Assembly: GCA_016871995.1 (NCBI GenBank)
Contig: VHBL01000005.1
Location: forward strand, 22,134 to 54,133
Direction: 5' to 3'
Origin: Nitrososphaerota archaeon
Lineage (GTDB): Archaea > Thermoproteota > Nitrososphaeria > Nitrososphaerales > UBA57
DNA: 32,000 nucleotides
The notes under the pieces were generated by a model that saw nothing but the letters and a program-made list of their open reading frames with translations, was not told where the DNA came from and made no database searches. The stretch's first letter is position 1, and every line of letters begins with the position of its first letter. The translations under genes and the position numbers were made by a program. Shown one piece after another: positions 16,459-24,706 of the stretch.

Positions 16459-17727
16459 TTAGTATGCCATTGAGACTTGAGATCTGATTATTTGGCCCAA
16501 CTTGCTTCTTAATTCATTTTTCAGAGCAGAAAAATAGTCTCCACCATTCCTCCTAAAATCTAGAGTTATGACAAACAGCCTAGAGGAAACGTTTGGGACG
16601 ACATAACAACCAAAGATTTCATGTTCGTCCTGAGGTAGTACGAGAATAGACGGTGCATCTAACGCTAGAGCATAACTCAAGGCCTGATAGATGTCATCGT
16701 TCGATGGCCTCTGTTTGTACTTTGCATCAACGACCAAAGAGGTTCTGGTTCCAGTACTGATAACACAGTCTGGGCGGAGTGTCACATTCGGAATATAATC
16801 CTGAGTTAAAGTAAGGTTCTGAAGGGTCTTGGGCTTTGTTAACAAGTCTCCCACGCGATCTTGAGGTAGAACCTCATAGTCGTGATAGGCCTCCTTTAGA
16901 AGCTTAGTTACAAAATCTTCAAACAACTTGTTCATGTCAATCAGCATCCCACGAACCGGTACCCCGCCTTTTTCATCAAATCGTTCTACCCAAGTATTTT
17001 CCACAATGAATTTGCACAGGTTTAGAGCAGGCTCATAGTGGTCATTCACCCTAGAAATCGGAATCAAACCAATATCTGAGGCAGTGACTGGTGCCGATTC
17101 CACGTTTTCAGCAAGGAAGGCCGAAGCTATGTCGCCGAGCTCCCGCATCAGATCAGGATCCCGAACAAAATTGCGTAGGATATACGCCGAGAACAATAAG
17201 CTCCGATTTTCAGGGCAATTGGACGTTAGATCGTCGGTTTCGCAGAAAATCTGGAAATGGTTCCAACACCCTAGTCCCTTTTCGACTAATATACGCCCCT
17301 TGACAAAACCAAGCTCCTCCTCAGAGGTCCGATAAGACTTGAATAATCCCCTGTTCAAGAGATCTACGAGCTCATTCATATAGATTCTCCCAAGCATGTC
17401 AGGGAGCAAATCGCCAGGCTTTGCGTAAATTTGATCGTAATAGCTCAATTCTCTTTTGCCAAGGACTGAAGCCAAGATACGCAGAAAATTTAGGCCAAAG
17501 ATTTTGGGTTCAATATAGAACGTTTTCCCGCTTGGAAGCTTAAAGGCCCCGACCAAGTTATTCGACCGGATATTGAATTGACCTTGAGTTAGAGGGATGA
17601 TTTCGATTTTTTTGTTCGGGATTCCTTCATTAATATCTTCTTGGATGTATCTAATGTCCTCTGACGTGAGCTCGATATTCGAGCTCTGTCCCCATTCTTT
17701 TATGTTTATTTGGGTACCCTCTCCCAA
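16459..17727 (-). CDS. mcrC: McrC-like PD-(D/E)xK nuclease subunit of a type IV (modification-dependent) restriction system
   Basis: 422 aa. The C-terminal motif is LRPDCVIS...SLVVDAKYK...IYQALSYAL (D...D-A-K). It lies 6 nt downstream of mcrB. Confidence 0.8.
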   Translation of the reverse strand: MGEGTQINIKEWGQSSNIELTSEDIRYIQEDINEGIPNKKIEIIPLTQGQFNIRSNNLVGAFKLPSGKTFYIEPKIFGLNFLRILASVLGKRELSYYDQIYAKPGDLLPDMLGRIYMNELVDLLNRGLFKSYRTSEEELGFVKGRILVEKGLGCWNHFQIFCETDDLTSNCPENRSLLFSAYILRNFVRDPDLMRELGDIASAFLAENVESAPVTASDIGLIPISRVNDHYEPALNLCKFIVENTWVERFDEKGGVPVRGMLIDMNKLFEDFVTKLLKEAYHDYEVLPQDRVGDLLTKPKTLQNLTLTQDYIPNVTLRPDCVISTGTRTSLVVDAKYKQRPSNDDIYQALSYALALDAPSILVLPQDEHEIFGCYVVPNVSSRLFVITLDFRRNGGDYFSALKNELRSKLGQIIRSQVSMAY

Positions 17728-17733
17728 AGATTC

Positions 17734-19620
17734 TCAAACTTCACACAATTTCTTCAGGGCCTCTTCGAGCTCATCAATTCCAAAATTCTTTATGCCGCTT
17801 GTTGGACTCACAATTTGATCTCCGAAGAGCCTTGTCAACTCATCATAATTTGCATAAAAGTACTCCTCAAGGAGTGGAATGATATCATGCCTCCACACTA
17901 GAATAAAGTTCTTTTCTGGATTGTCAGTCAACCTCATCAAAAGCACATGGCCGATTTGTTTCTCCATCCCAAGCTTCTTATTAGCCGAAATTTTTTCATT
18001 GAGTTTCTTTAAAGCAAGCAATGATAGTATGACGATTCTTTTCTCTCTTCTATTGTCCTCAGAATACTTCCTCTTTAACTCACCTTCATCAAATTTGGGG
18101 CCGCATCCTAGAAATGTTGCAAGGAAATCATAGTCTGGCATCAATTGCTCAAAATTGAATCGTCGTCTTAGGGCAGTGTCTAGAAGTGCGATGCTCCTGT
18201 CAGCTGTATTCATTGTCCCAATTATGTATAGATTGCTAGGTACCTTCAAATACCGTTGGTTGTCTTTTGCATCTCTGTCAGCTCCAGAATATTGAAGCTT
18301 CACTGGCTCGTCTCGATACTCAAGTGCGTAAAGCAATTCTCCGAAAATCTTCGGAATGTTTCCTCTGTTTATTTCGTCTATGATCAGGATCCTAGATAAG
18401 CCATCATCACTCATTTCACACATCCGCCTGAATATACCTGGACGAACCCGATAGTCAACTCCGCCATTACTGGGAAAAGGTCGTATCCCTTCTACAAATT
18501 CCTCGTATGAATAGGCGGGGTGGAACTGAACAAGATCTGCCTGCCCCCGCCTCTGTAGTTCCTCAAAGGATCTCCCAACTTCTTCTTTCGGTTCAACGTA
18601 CCTCTCTTGGAGGAACCATACTGCAAATTGCTTGGCCGTAAATGTTTTGCCCACCCCAACAGGACCATAGAGTATCAGCTGTTTCTTGCTCTCAAGAATC
18701 CTCTTCAGATGGTGGAATCGTTCAGGTGCAGGCGTAGCTCTGGTATCAGCTCCTGTCTCATATTTCATAAGGTAAAATGCTGCCTCATACATGTTTGTGA
18801 TGCCAGCGACTTCGCAAGTATCTTTCAGTCCCTTTGAGAAAGTTAGAAATTCGGTAATGTTACTATCGCTCCCCCAAAACCTGTTAAGGTGCAAGGTCTG
18901 TCTGACATTTCCTAGAACGTTTTTTGATATGGGCATGAACATATCCGGCCTTACGTATGAAACCCAGATGCTTAGGCCAGTTACCCCCAAGCCCCTTTGT
19001 TTTAACATCCTCTTCAGATCTTCATGTAAAGCGTCAGGATTCTGTACTAGCTCCATATCTTTTAGTATCTTCCTAAAGTCATTATTTTGCAAAAGCTTGT
19101 TTTGTTTTTCCTTGTCCCCCCAATTCCCGAAACCAAAATCCGTTATCTTTCTGAATTCGGGAGGTAGGGTTTTACGTAGGCTTTCTATGCGATCACGCTC
19201 AACCACCTTCGCAGAAAGTAGTAGTTCCTTGATTGTCTTAATAACAGGCTCGGCAATTGCCCAGATGTTTTCCCAATTGGCCCTATTCTCCTCCCTCTGA
19301 GATTCTAAGATTCGCCGGAGCCGCTCATTCGAACCAATAAGATATGAGTCTTTATCATCGGCACCTATACCTTGCCAACAAGGGATGACGTTCTTGTCGT
19401 AAAAAAAGGTGGCAAGTTTGTGAGGGTGGAAGTTAATTGAGAATTTTTTGTTAAAATTCTGTATTAACTGATTTGAATACACTAATTTCTCTCCATATGA
19501 CCAATTCTCCGCCCACTGACCAAGGTCAAAGGCTTCGATGATTACTTTCCTATCTTCCAACGACAGAACACTTGACCAAGTCAAAGGGTTACTCAGGAAG
19601 AGCATTGCACTGATAGGCAT
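17734..19620 (-). CDS. mcrB: McrB-like GTPase (AAA+), with a ~300-aa uncharacterised N-terminal region
   Basis: 628 aa. It has Walker A LYGPVGVGKT, Walker B plus McrB signature ILIIDEINRGNIPKIFGELLYALE, and GTMNTADRSIALLDTALRRRF. Confidence 0.85.
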   Translation of the reverse strand: MPISAMLFLSNPLTWSSVLSLEDRKVIIEAFDLGQWAENWSYGEKLVYSNQLIQNFNKKFSINFHPHKLATFFYDKNVIPCWQGIGADDKDSYLIGSNERLRRILESQREENRANWENIWAIAEPVIKTIKELLLSAKVVERDRIESLRKTLPPEFRKITDFGFGNWGDKEKQNKLLQNNDFRKILKDMELVQNPDALHEDLKRMLKQRGLGVTGLSIWVSYVRPDMFMPISKNVLGNVRQTLHLNRFWGSDSNITEFLTFSKGLKDTCEVAGITNMYEAAFYLMKYETGADTRATPAPERFHHLKRILESKKQLILYGPVGVGKTFTAKQFAVWFLQERYVEPKEEVGRSFEELQRRGQADLVQFHPAYSYEEFVEGIRPFPSNGGVDYRVRPGIFRRMCEMSDDGLSRILIIDEINRGNIPKIFGELLYALEYRDEPVKLQYSGADRDAKDNQRYLKVPSNLYIIGTMNTADRSIALLDTALRRRFNFEQLMPDYDFLATFLGCGPKFDEGELKRKYSEDNRREKRIVILSLLALKKLNEKISANKKLGMEKQIGHVLLMRLTDNPEKNFILVWRHDIIPLLEEYFYANYDELTRLFGDQIVSPTSGIKNFGIDELEEALKKLCEV

Positions 19621-20140
19621 AGCTTTGGGGGGGGGTCAATTTAGTCCTGCCAGAGTTGAGAATGTGGACATCTTGCAACTGTGTTGACAGACTATGGATG
19701 TCCTTCTCACTAAACGCCCTTTCCAGCCTGTTCCGCAAATCTACATTCGCTTTCAAATCCAGAAAGATAGTGTACCAATCCCTCCTCGTGATCATGGTTC
19801 TGGCCACAGAGAATATTCTTTGTATTCTCAGAGATTGATTGTCTTCGTCTATTGCATAGGTTAATCCATATTGACTACCAGATTGGATTAGACGGGTTCT
19901 CAATGCTTCGCGGTCGTCATTGTTAGAAAATGCGTAACTTTGTTTGCCGTTGTAATCTAGTAATCGAATTATGGGATCTAGATCTTCGAGCTCCTTCAAT
20001 TGTTTAACAGCGTTATTCATCATCTTGTCCCTCCAAAATATATGAAATGCCTTAGAAGCAACATCTATTCCCTTCTCGTCTTCGTAGGAATCCTCAAAAT
20101 TTTCGACTAGTGTTCTTATCTCATCCTCAGAACGAGGCAT
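19589..20140 (-). CDS. Hypothetical protein; possibly the detached N-terminus of McrB (frameshift in a C9 tract)
   Basis: 183-aa ORF with no family recognised. Its last 12 codons overlap the mcrB start. The reading frames switch inside the homopolymer at 19627-19635. Confidence 0.5.
   Translation of the reverse strand: MPRSEDEIRTLVENFEDSYEDEKGIDVASKAFHIFWRDKMMNNAVKQLKELEDLDPIIRLLDYNGKQSYAFSNNDDREALRTRLIQSGSQYGLTYAIDEDNQSLRIQRIFSVARTMITRRDWYTIFLDLKANVDLRNRLERAFSEKDIHSLSTQLQDVHILNSGRTKLTPPQSYAYQCNALPE
19627..19635. repeat. G9 (minus strand C9) homopolymer at the junction of ORF 19589..20140 and mcrB
   Basis: The plus strand reads agcttt-ggggggggg-tcaat. On the minus strand it reads TTG ACC CCC CCC CAA in the upstream frame, and TGA CCC CCC CCC AAA GCT ATG in the mcrB frame. 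Confidence 0.95.
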
Positions 20141-20456
20141 TGCACCACACTAGCAACAGTTCTAAGATAAATCAATTAGGCTGACATAGTAATGTGGTCG
20201 CAACATGGTAATCCAAGCCTGATTCAAAATCGAACATGTAAACAATAGTCGTCTTCTTTCCCGAACTGGGTGCCACCTCTATCGTCCCAGAAAAGTGATG
20301 ACCTTGGGCTCGCCCGTTTGATGTTAATTATCTCTTCCGTCTGCTTCTCGTGAACGGATTTTCGTTGGTCTTTTCTGCGAACCAATATGACGATTTTATG
20401 TGCATGATATCATAGAGGCGAGTTGATGCGGGAAAATTAAGTCGGTTTGATGCTAT

Positions 20457-23400
20457 CTACTGGATCGACTTGAGCCAACACCAACAAACTCGCGACAGTT
20501 TGATCTCCTCTTGCTGCCTACTTTCTGGATCTTGCGGCTCCTCTTTCAATAACTCGCGTGCTCTCTTGACAAGAATGCCAGATCTTCTGGCCTGCTGCAA
20601 GGCGATAACCAGAGTCTGTCTGTTTGACAGCTTTCTAAATGTAATAGCCAGTTTCTCTCCGTCTTCGCCTGACTTTGCGAGCTCGTCATAGATTTCCTTT
20701 ATCGCTTGGGTGGCCTTCATAGGAGTCCCGCCGACCGTGATTTCTTTGGCTCTCCTAGACTCCAGCTCCTCCTTTAGTTCTGCCTTAATTTCTCGCATCC
20801 TCCTAATGAGATTCTCATAGCTTATCGGTTCGCCACTTGCATCGTAATCACCCTCTAGGAGCTTGTCAACTATCTGATTTGTAACTGATATAGTTTCTTT
20901 CTTACCATCATAAAACTTCAACCTCCAGTAGAATTCTTTCCCATCGGAAAATAGCACGAAGATGCCATCCCTGTCGCTCTTCTTGAACGCCCCTATTCCA
21001 TTTGGTATTGTTCTTATCCAATTTAGTCCCTTGTCATTTATCATTTTTGCAAGAGTATCCTTCGGATCTGCTGTGAACTGTTCCAGTTCTCTTGAGATAG
21101 TTTCCAGAACTCTCTGATCATTCTTGGCTAAGGCTTCCTGTATTCCAAAGTCCTTTGGAGCTGCCTCTTCTCCCAGCGTTGTAGCGTCAAGGCCGATCGT
21201 TTCACGAATCGCCTCAAGCCTGCTGTAGAGTTTCCCCATTAGACCAAGGAAATGTTCCAAACTCGCAGGGTCTTCGGGATCACCATTCTTTGGCAAAATA
21301 TTGATCAAGTAAACATACCAATGTTTTGATTTCATTCGATCTATTCTGCCAATTCTTTGTATGAGAACAACTGGATTCCAAGGGAAGTCATAGTTTACGA
21401 CGTATTGTGCGTTTTGGAGATTCTGGCCTTCACTAAGAACATCGGTGCTTACAAGTACTCCTCCAGTCCCCTGGAAATCTCGTATTACCTCCGTCTTGGT
21501 GGTTTTTTGGCCTTTGTCATCATAGCAATCGCTCCCGGTAGCTAGTCTGATTGTTCCAGATTTTGATTCGCGGAGCCTAGAGAACAAGTACCTCGCTGTG
21601 GCTGTATATTGGGTGAAAATGATAAGGCCGTTGTTTGGCACCAATCCCTTCAAAATTTCTGCCGTCCTACTATGGAAAGACTCGAATTTTGCATCGACCG
21701 CAGGGATCTCCTTAATCAAATCCTGAACGGTTTTCCTGTCTTTTTCACACTTACTGACAAAATCACTGACCTCATCTGGTGTCAGTTTACACCGCTCTTT
21801 GGCTCTTGCATACTTTGGTTTGGAAAAGAGGTCTTCAGGGCTCGGCATTTCCTCATCTAAACTAAAAATTGGATCCTCCTTCAATGCGGGAGGGACGAAA
21901 TATCCCTTTTCTTGGGCGTACTTGGTAGCCCTAGTAATGTAGTCATCAAGGGCAAGGAGCGTTTTCCTAAACGCCTCTACGCTACTCTCCAGTCTCTTGA
22001 ATATGTTGATTATAACCACAGTTTTTACAAGGCTCTTCAGGGATCCTCTTCGCTCGGTTGCTACTGCTTGGGAGATAGTTGAGATAGTTCTTCCATCTGG
22101 AAGTTTAAGCTCCCCCAACCTATCTACCGAGAGGTCGTAGAAGGCAAAATTCATCCTTCCAAGTATTTCGTCAATCTTCTGATAGTCAATATCGACAGAG
22201 TACTTGTTCCGCTTATCCTTGTCGAGCACTCTTTCTGGGAAGCTGATCCCCCCTTGCGTGTCTAGAGCCTTCGCAAGCTCTCTCGAATGGCGAACTACAA
22301 ATCGTTCAAGAACCTGCTCCATTTCTATTGGTTCATGCTGGAGCCATCTTTTTTGGTTGGCACTGAAGAAACCCCGCAGGGTTTGATTGTAAATGTCGCC
22401 TATAGAATCCTCAGGGAGATACAACGAAAGCAGAAAGTACAGATCCATTAAACTGTTGTTGACCGGTGTTGCCGTTGCCAAAACCACTTGGGCTTTGTTT
22501 GTTATTATCAGATCCCGGAGAGCACCATATCTATTGGTTGACGGGGTGCGGAAGAAATGAGCCTCGTCGACAATTATGAAATTTCGATCCGAATGGTCCT
22601 TGAAGACATGGTCTGGATCGCTCGAGAGTTTTTCTGAAGTAACTGACTCCAAGTGAATATTAGTTCCTTTCATTTCGTCCCGCCAAGTTGTGTCTAGCAC
22701 ACTCTTGGGGGCGATAAGCAGTACTTTCTTGCCTTCTTTGATTGCATCCAAAGCCAGACTGAGAGCGGTTCTGCTTTTGCCCAAACCCGTGGCATCGGCT
22801 ATCAGAACTCCATTGTGGTCCTCCAGCTTCTCTTTGGCATCCATGACGGAAAGGGCTTGGTGGGGGTAAAGCGTACGAAGCATCTTCTTATTGTCTAGTG
22901 ATTCATCGAACCTTGACTTGTAGGATTCATAAAGTGCCTTTGCAATCACCTCGTAGGCACTTCTTGTGGTGATGTAGTTCTTTAGAAATGCAAGGAAAGT
23001 GTCTTTGTAGTCGTTAGAATTGCTCCATTGTTCGTCGAACCAGCGTATGAGTTCCTCGACCACCTGTCGATCTGTATTCAGCATGTTCAGTTCTCTGTTG
23101 TGAACCAACCCTCCGTAGGTGAAATTACTAGATCCCACGACGCCCACGCCTCTTTTGATTTGTTTCAGACTAGGGTATGCCCCAATGTACGCTTTCCCAT
23201 GGAAGAATGGCCCAGTCAGCACTCGTATCTCTCTAAGCGGATTCTCGAAGTACCTTATTGCCTCCTGCAGAAGCTCAAAGTATCCTGTATCATCTTCCTC
23301 TTGTTCGAGTTCACGTAGAACTTCATCTTCCCACTTTAGGGTCTCGTTGGGCTCCCTGCCTAACAGGAAGCGAAGTGGCTTGTCTGCGAGTCCTTGCTTA

Positions 23401-23522
23401 ATTGCACCATAACCCTTTACATTAAAGTAGGCCGAAGCGATGGCAATCTCGCTGAGGTCGCTTAGCTCTTCCCTCAGAGCTGAGGATAGTTTCTCCCTAG
23501 AATTGTCAATTATCTTAGTCAT
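20457..23522 (-). CDS. N-terminal single-HKD PLD-family nuclease domain fused to an SNF2-type SF2 ATPase/translocase, plus a ~280-aa C-terminal extension
   Basis: 1021 aa. PLD motifs: IASAYF, FFHGKAYI, VGSSNFTYGGL. Helicase motifs: I LIADATGLGKS, Ia LLIAPKSV, II IIVDEAHFF, III LATATPVNNS, V-VI VSTDVLSEGQNLQ...NPVVLIQRIGRIDR. Confidence 0.85.
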   Translation of the reverse strand: MTKIIDNSREKLSSALREELSDLSEIAIASAYFNVKGYGAIKQGLADKPLRFLLGREPNETLKWEDEVLRELEQEEDDTGYFELLQEAIRYFENPLREIRVLTGPFFHGKAYIGAYPSLKQIKRGVGVVGSSNFTYGGLVHNRELNMLNTDRQVVEELIRWFDEQWSNSNDYKDTFLAFLKNYITTRSAYEVIAKALYESYKSRFDESLDNKKMLRTLYPHQALSVMDAKEKLEDHNGVLIADATGLGKSRTALSLALDAIKEGKKVLLIAPKSVLDTTWRDEMKGTNIHLESVTSEKLSSDPDHVFKDHSDRNFIIVDEAHFFRTPSTNRYGALRDLIITNKAQVVLATATPVNNSLMDLYFLLSLYLPEDSIGDIYNQTLRGFFSANQKRWLQHEPIEMEQVLERFVVRHSRELAKALDTQGGISFPERVLDKDKRNKYSVDIDYQKIDEILGRMNFAFYDLSVDRLGELKLPDGRTISTISQAVATERRGSLKSLVKTVVIINIFKRLESSVEAFRKTLLALDDYITRATKYAQEKGYFVPPALKEDPIFSLDEEMPSPEDLFSKPKYARAKERCKLTPDEVSDFVSKCEKDRKTVQDLIKEIPAVDAKFESFHSRTAEILKGLVPNNGLIIFTQYTATARYLFSRLRESKSGTIRLATGSDCYDDKGQKTTKTEVIRDFQGTGGVLVSTDVLSEGQNLQNAQYVVNYDFPWNPVVLIQRIGRIDRMKSKHWYVYLINILPKNGDPEDPASLEHFLGLMGKLYSRLEAIRETIGLDATTLGEEAAPKDFGIQEALAKNDQRVLETISRELEQFTADPKDTLAKMINDKGLNWIRTIPNGIGAFKKSDRDGIFVLFSDGKEFYWRLKFYDGKKETISVTNQIVDKLLEGDYDASGEPISYENLIRRMREIKAELKEELESRRAKEITVGGTPMKATQAIKEIYDELAKSGEDGEKLAITFRKLSNRQTLVIALQQARRSGILVKRARELLKEEPQDPESRQQEEIKLSRVCWCWLKSIQ

Positions 23523-23585
23523 TTTTGTCGACCTCTTGGAGTTTCTTGTATCAGCTTTCGAGCTATTAACATAATATCAGACCAG

Positions 23586-24701
23586 TCAGACATATGTATA
23601 CTTCTTTTGCAACGATCCCACCTTATGGAATGGTAGTGTGCCTAGTTTGGTGTGCTTTTTCGTTCCTTTGCGAACAAGGTCGATATTAGCCGTACCTTGT
23701 CCAGTCTTGCCTGTTGACCACGAGATAACTAGGAACGAGCCCGAGTAGCCTGTCCCTAGTCCGTAAATTGATTTCGACTTGAACCGAAACTCGTCCACAC
23801 CAGAATAATAGCGGAGTCGACTTTGTTCAGTTACTCTTCTTCTTCCCACTTTTATCCCCGCAATGAAAAGTCTTTCCGGACGTCGGTGAGCCCCCGTTCG
23901 ATGAAATTCTGCCGGCCATCCCCAAAAAAGAGGATTCTTATTTCTGGCTCCTATAGGTATTAGAAAATAAGGATCCCATCGTTTCCCCGAAACATCATTA
24001 TTTACAAGCGACATGATGAACTTCTGTTTAACCTGAAGTGCTGCCTTGGTCGATTTTTTTGGATAAACATGCTTCGTGCTTCCAAACAAAGCTGATAGAG
24101 TTTTCCCCGCCTTCTTTGTGATGGCCGTCTCCCCTTTACGTGAAGAACGCTTTTTTAGAGCACCCGCGTTATCTATTTTTTCCAGAGTATTGGTATCAAG
24201 TTTCAAACAGCTCGGAGAGTTGACGGTCTTCTTGAAAATCTCCTCAATGGTTGACAAACAAGCCCGGTCTTTCTGATCCTGAAGATCCAGCTCCATCTCC
24301 ACATTCATTTCAAAATTCCGTGACAAACCTCCACCCGTCAAGTTGCTTGACCCCATGAAGACGTAGGCCTTGCTGGTCTCCTTAATCGTGAAGACCTTCG
24401 GGTGGAATGTTGCATCTGCTGGATTATGGTATATGTGCAATCGGTTTGAACCTAAGAGATTAAGCATCCATTCAAGTGCGGTTTTCGAGGTTCCCCTACT
24501 GTCAACTCCGATTATTGCTTGTATCCCTCCACCCGCCCTTTCAAATTTCTCAAGAGCGTCCCCTATATGATCTCTGAAAGTTTCATCCAAGTAGGCTACC
24601 ATAATCGACAAATTGCTCTGACTAGGATCGACATTTTCCAGAAGGTACGTGAGACGATGTCCGAGTGGACTTAGCTTATGAATTTGCGGAGCAGGTCCCA
24701 A
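23586..24701 (-). CDS. Single-HKD PLD-family nuclease fused to a C-terminal putative B3-like (BfiI-C/EcoRII-N type) DNA-binding domain; TTG start
   Basis: 371 aa. PLD motifs: IMVAYLD, FHPKVFTI, FMGSSNLTGGGL. The C-terminal ~170 aa begin FIMSLVNNDVSGKRWDPYFLIPIGA, resembling the F-x-K-x-L-x(2)-SD...L-x-IP signature of B3 pseudobarrels. The B3 part is inference. Confidence 0.75.
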   Translation of the reverse strand: MGPAPQIHKLSPLGHRLTYLLENVDPSQSNLSIMVAYLDETFRDHIGDALEKFERAGGGIQAIIGVDSRGTSKTALEWMLNLLGSNRLHIYHNPADATFHPKVFTIKETSKAYVFMGSSNLTGGGLSRNFEMNVEMELDLQDQKDRACLSTIEEIFKKTVNSPSCLKLDTNTLEKIDNAGALKKRSSRKGETAITKKAGKTLSALFGSTKHVYPKKSTKAALQVKQKFIMSLVNNDVSGKRWDPYFLIPIGARNKNPLFWGWPAEFHRTGAHRRPERLFIAGIKVGRRRVTEQSRLRYYSGVDEFRFKSKSIYGLGTGYSGSFLVISWSTGKTGQGTANIDLVRKGTKKHTKLGTLPFHKVGSLQKKYTYV

Positions 24702-24706
24702 TATAT

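Noticed and set aside
18791-19300. Plus-strand ORF of 169 aa, plus 17879..18133 and 18607..18837
   Set aside because: They are antisense to mcrB, have no motifs, and are Ser/Phe/Leu-rich shadows.
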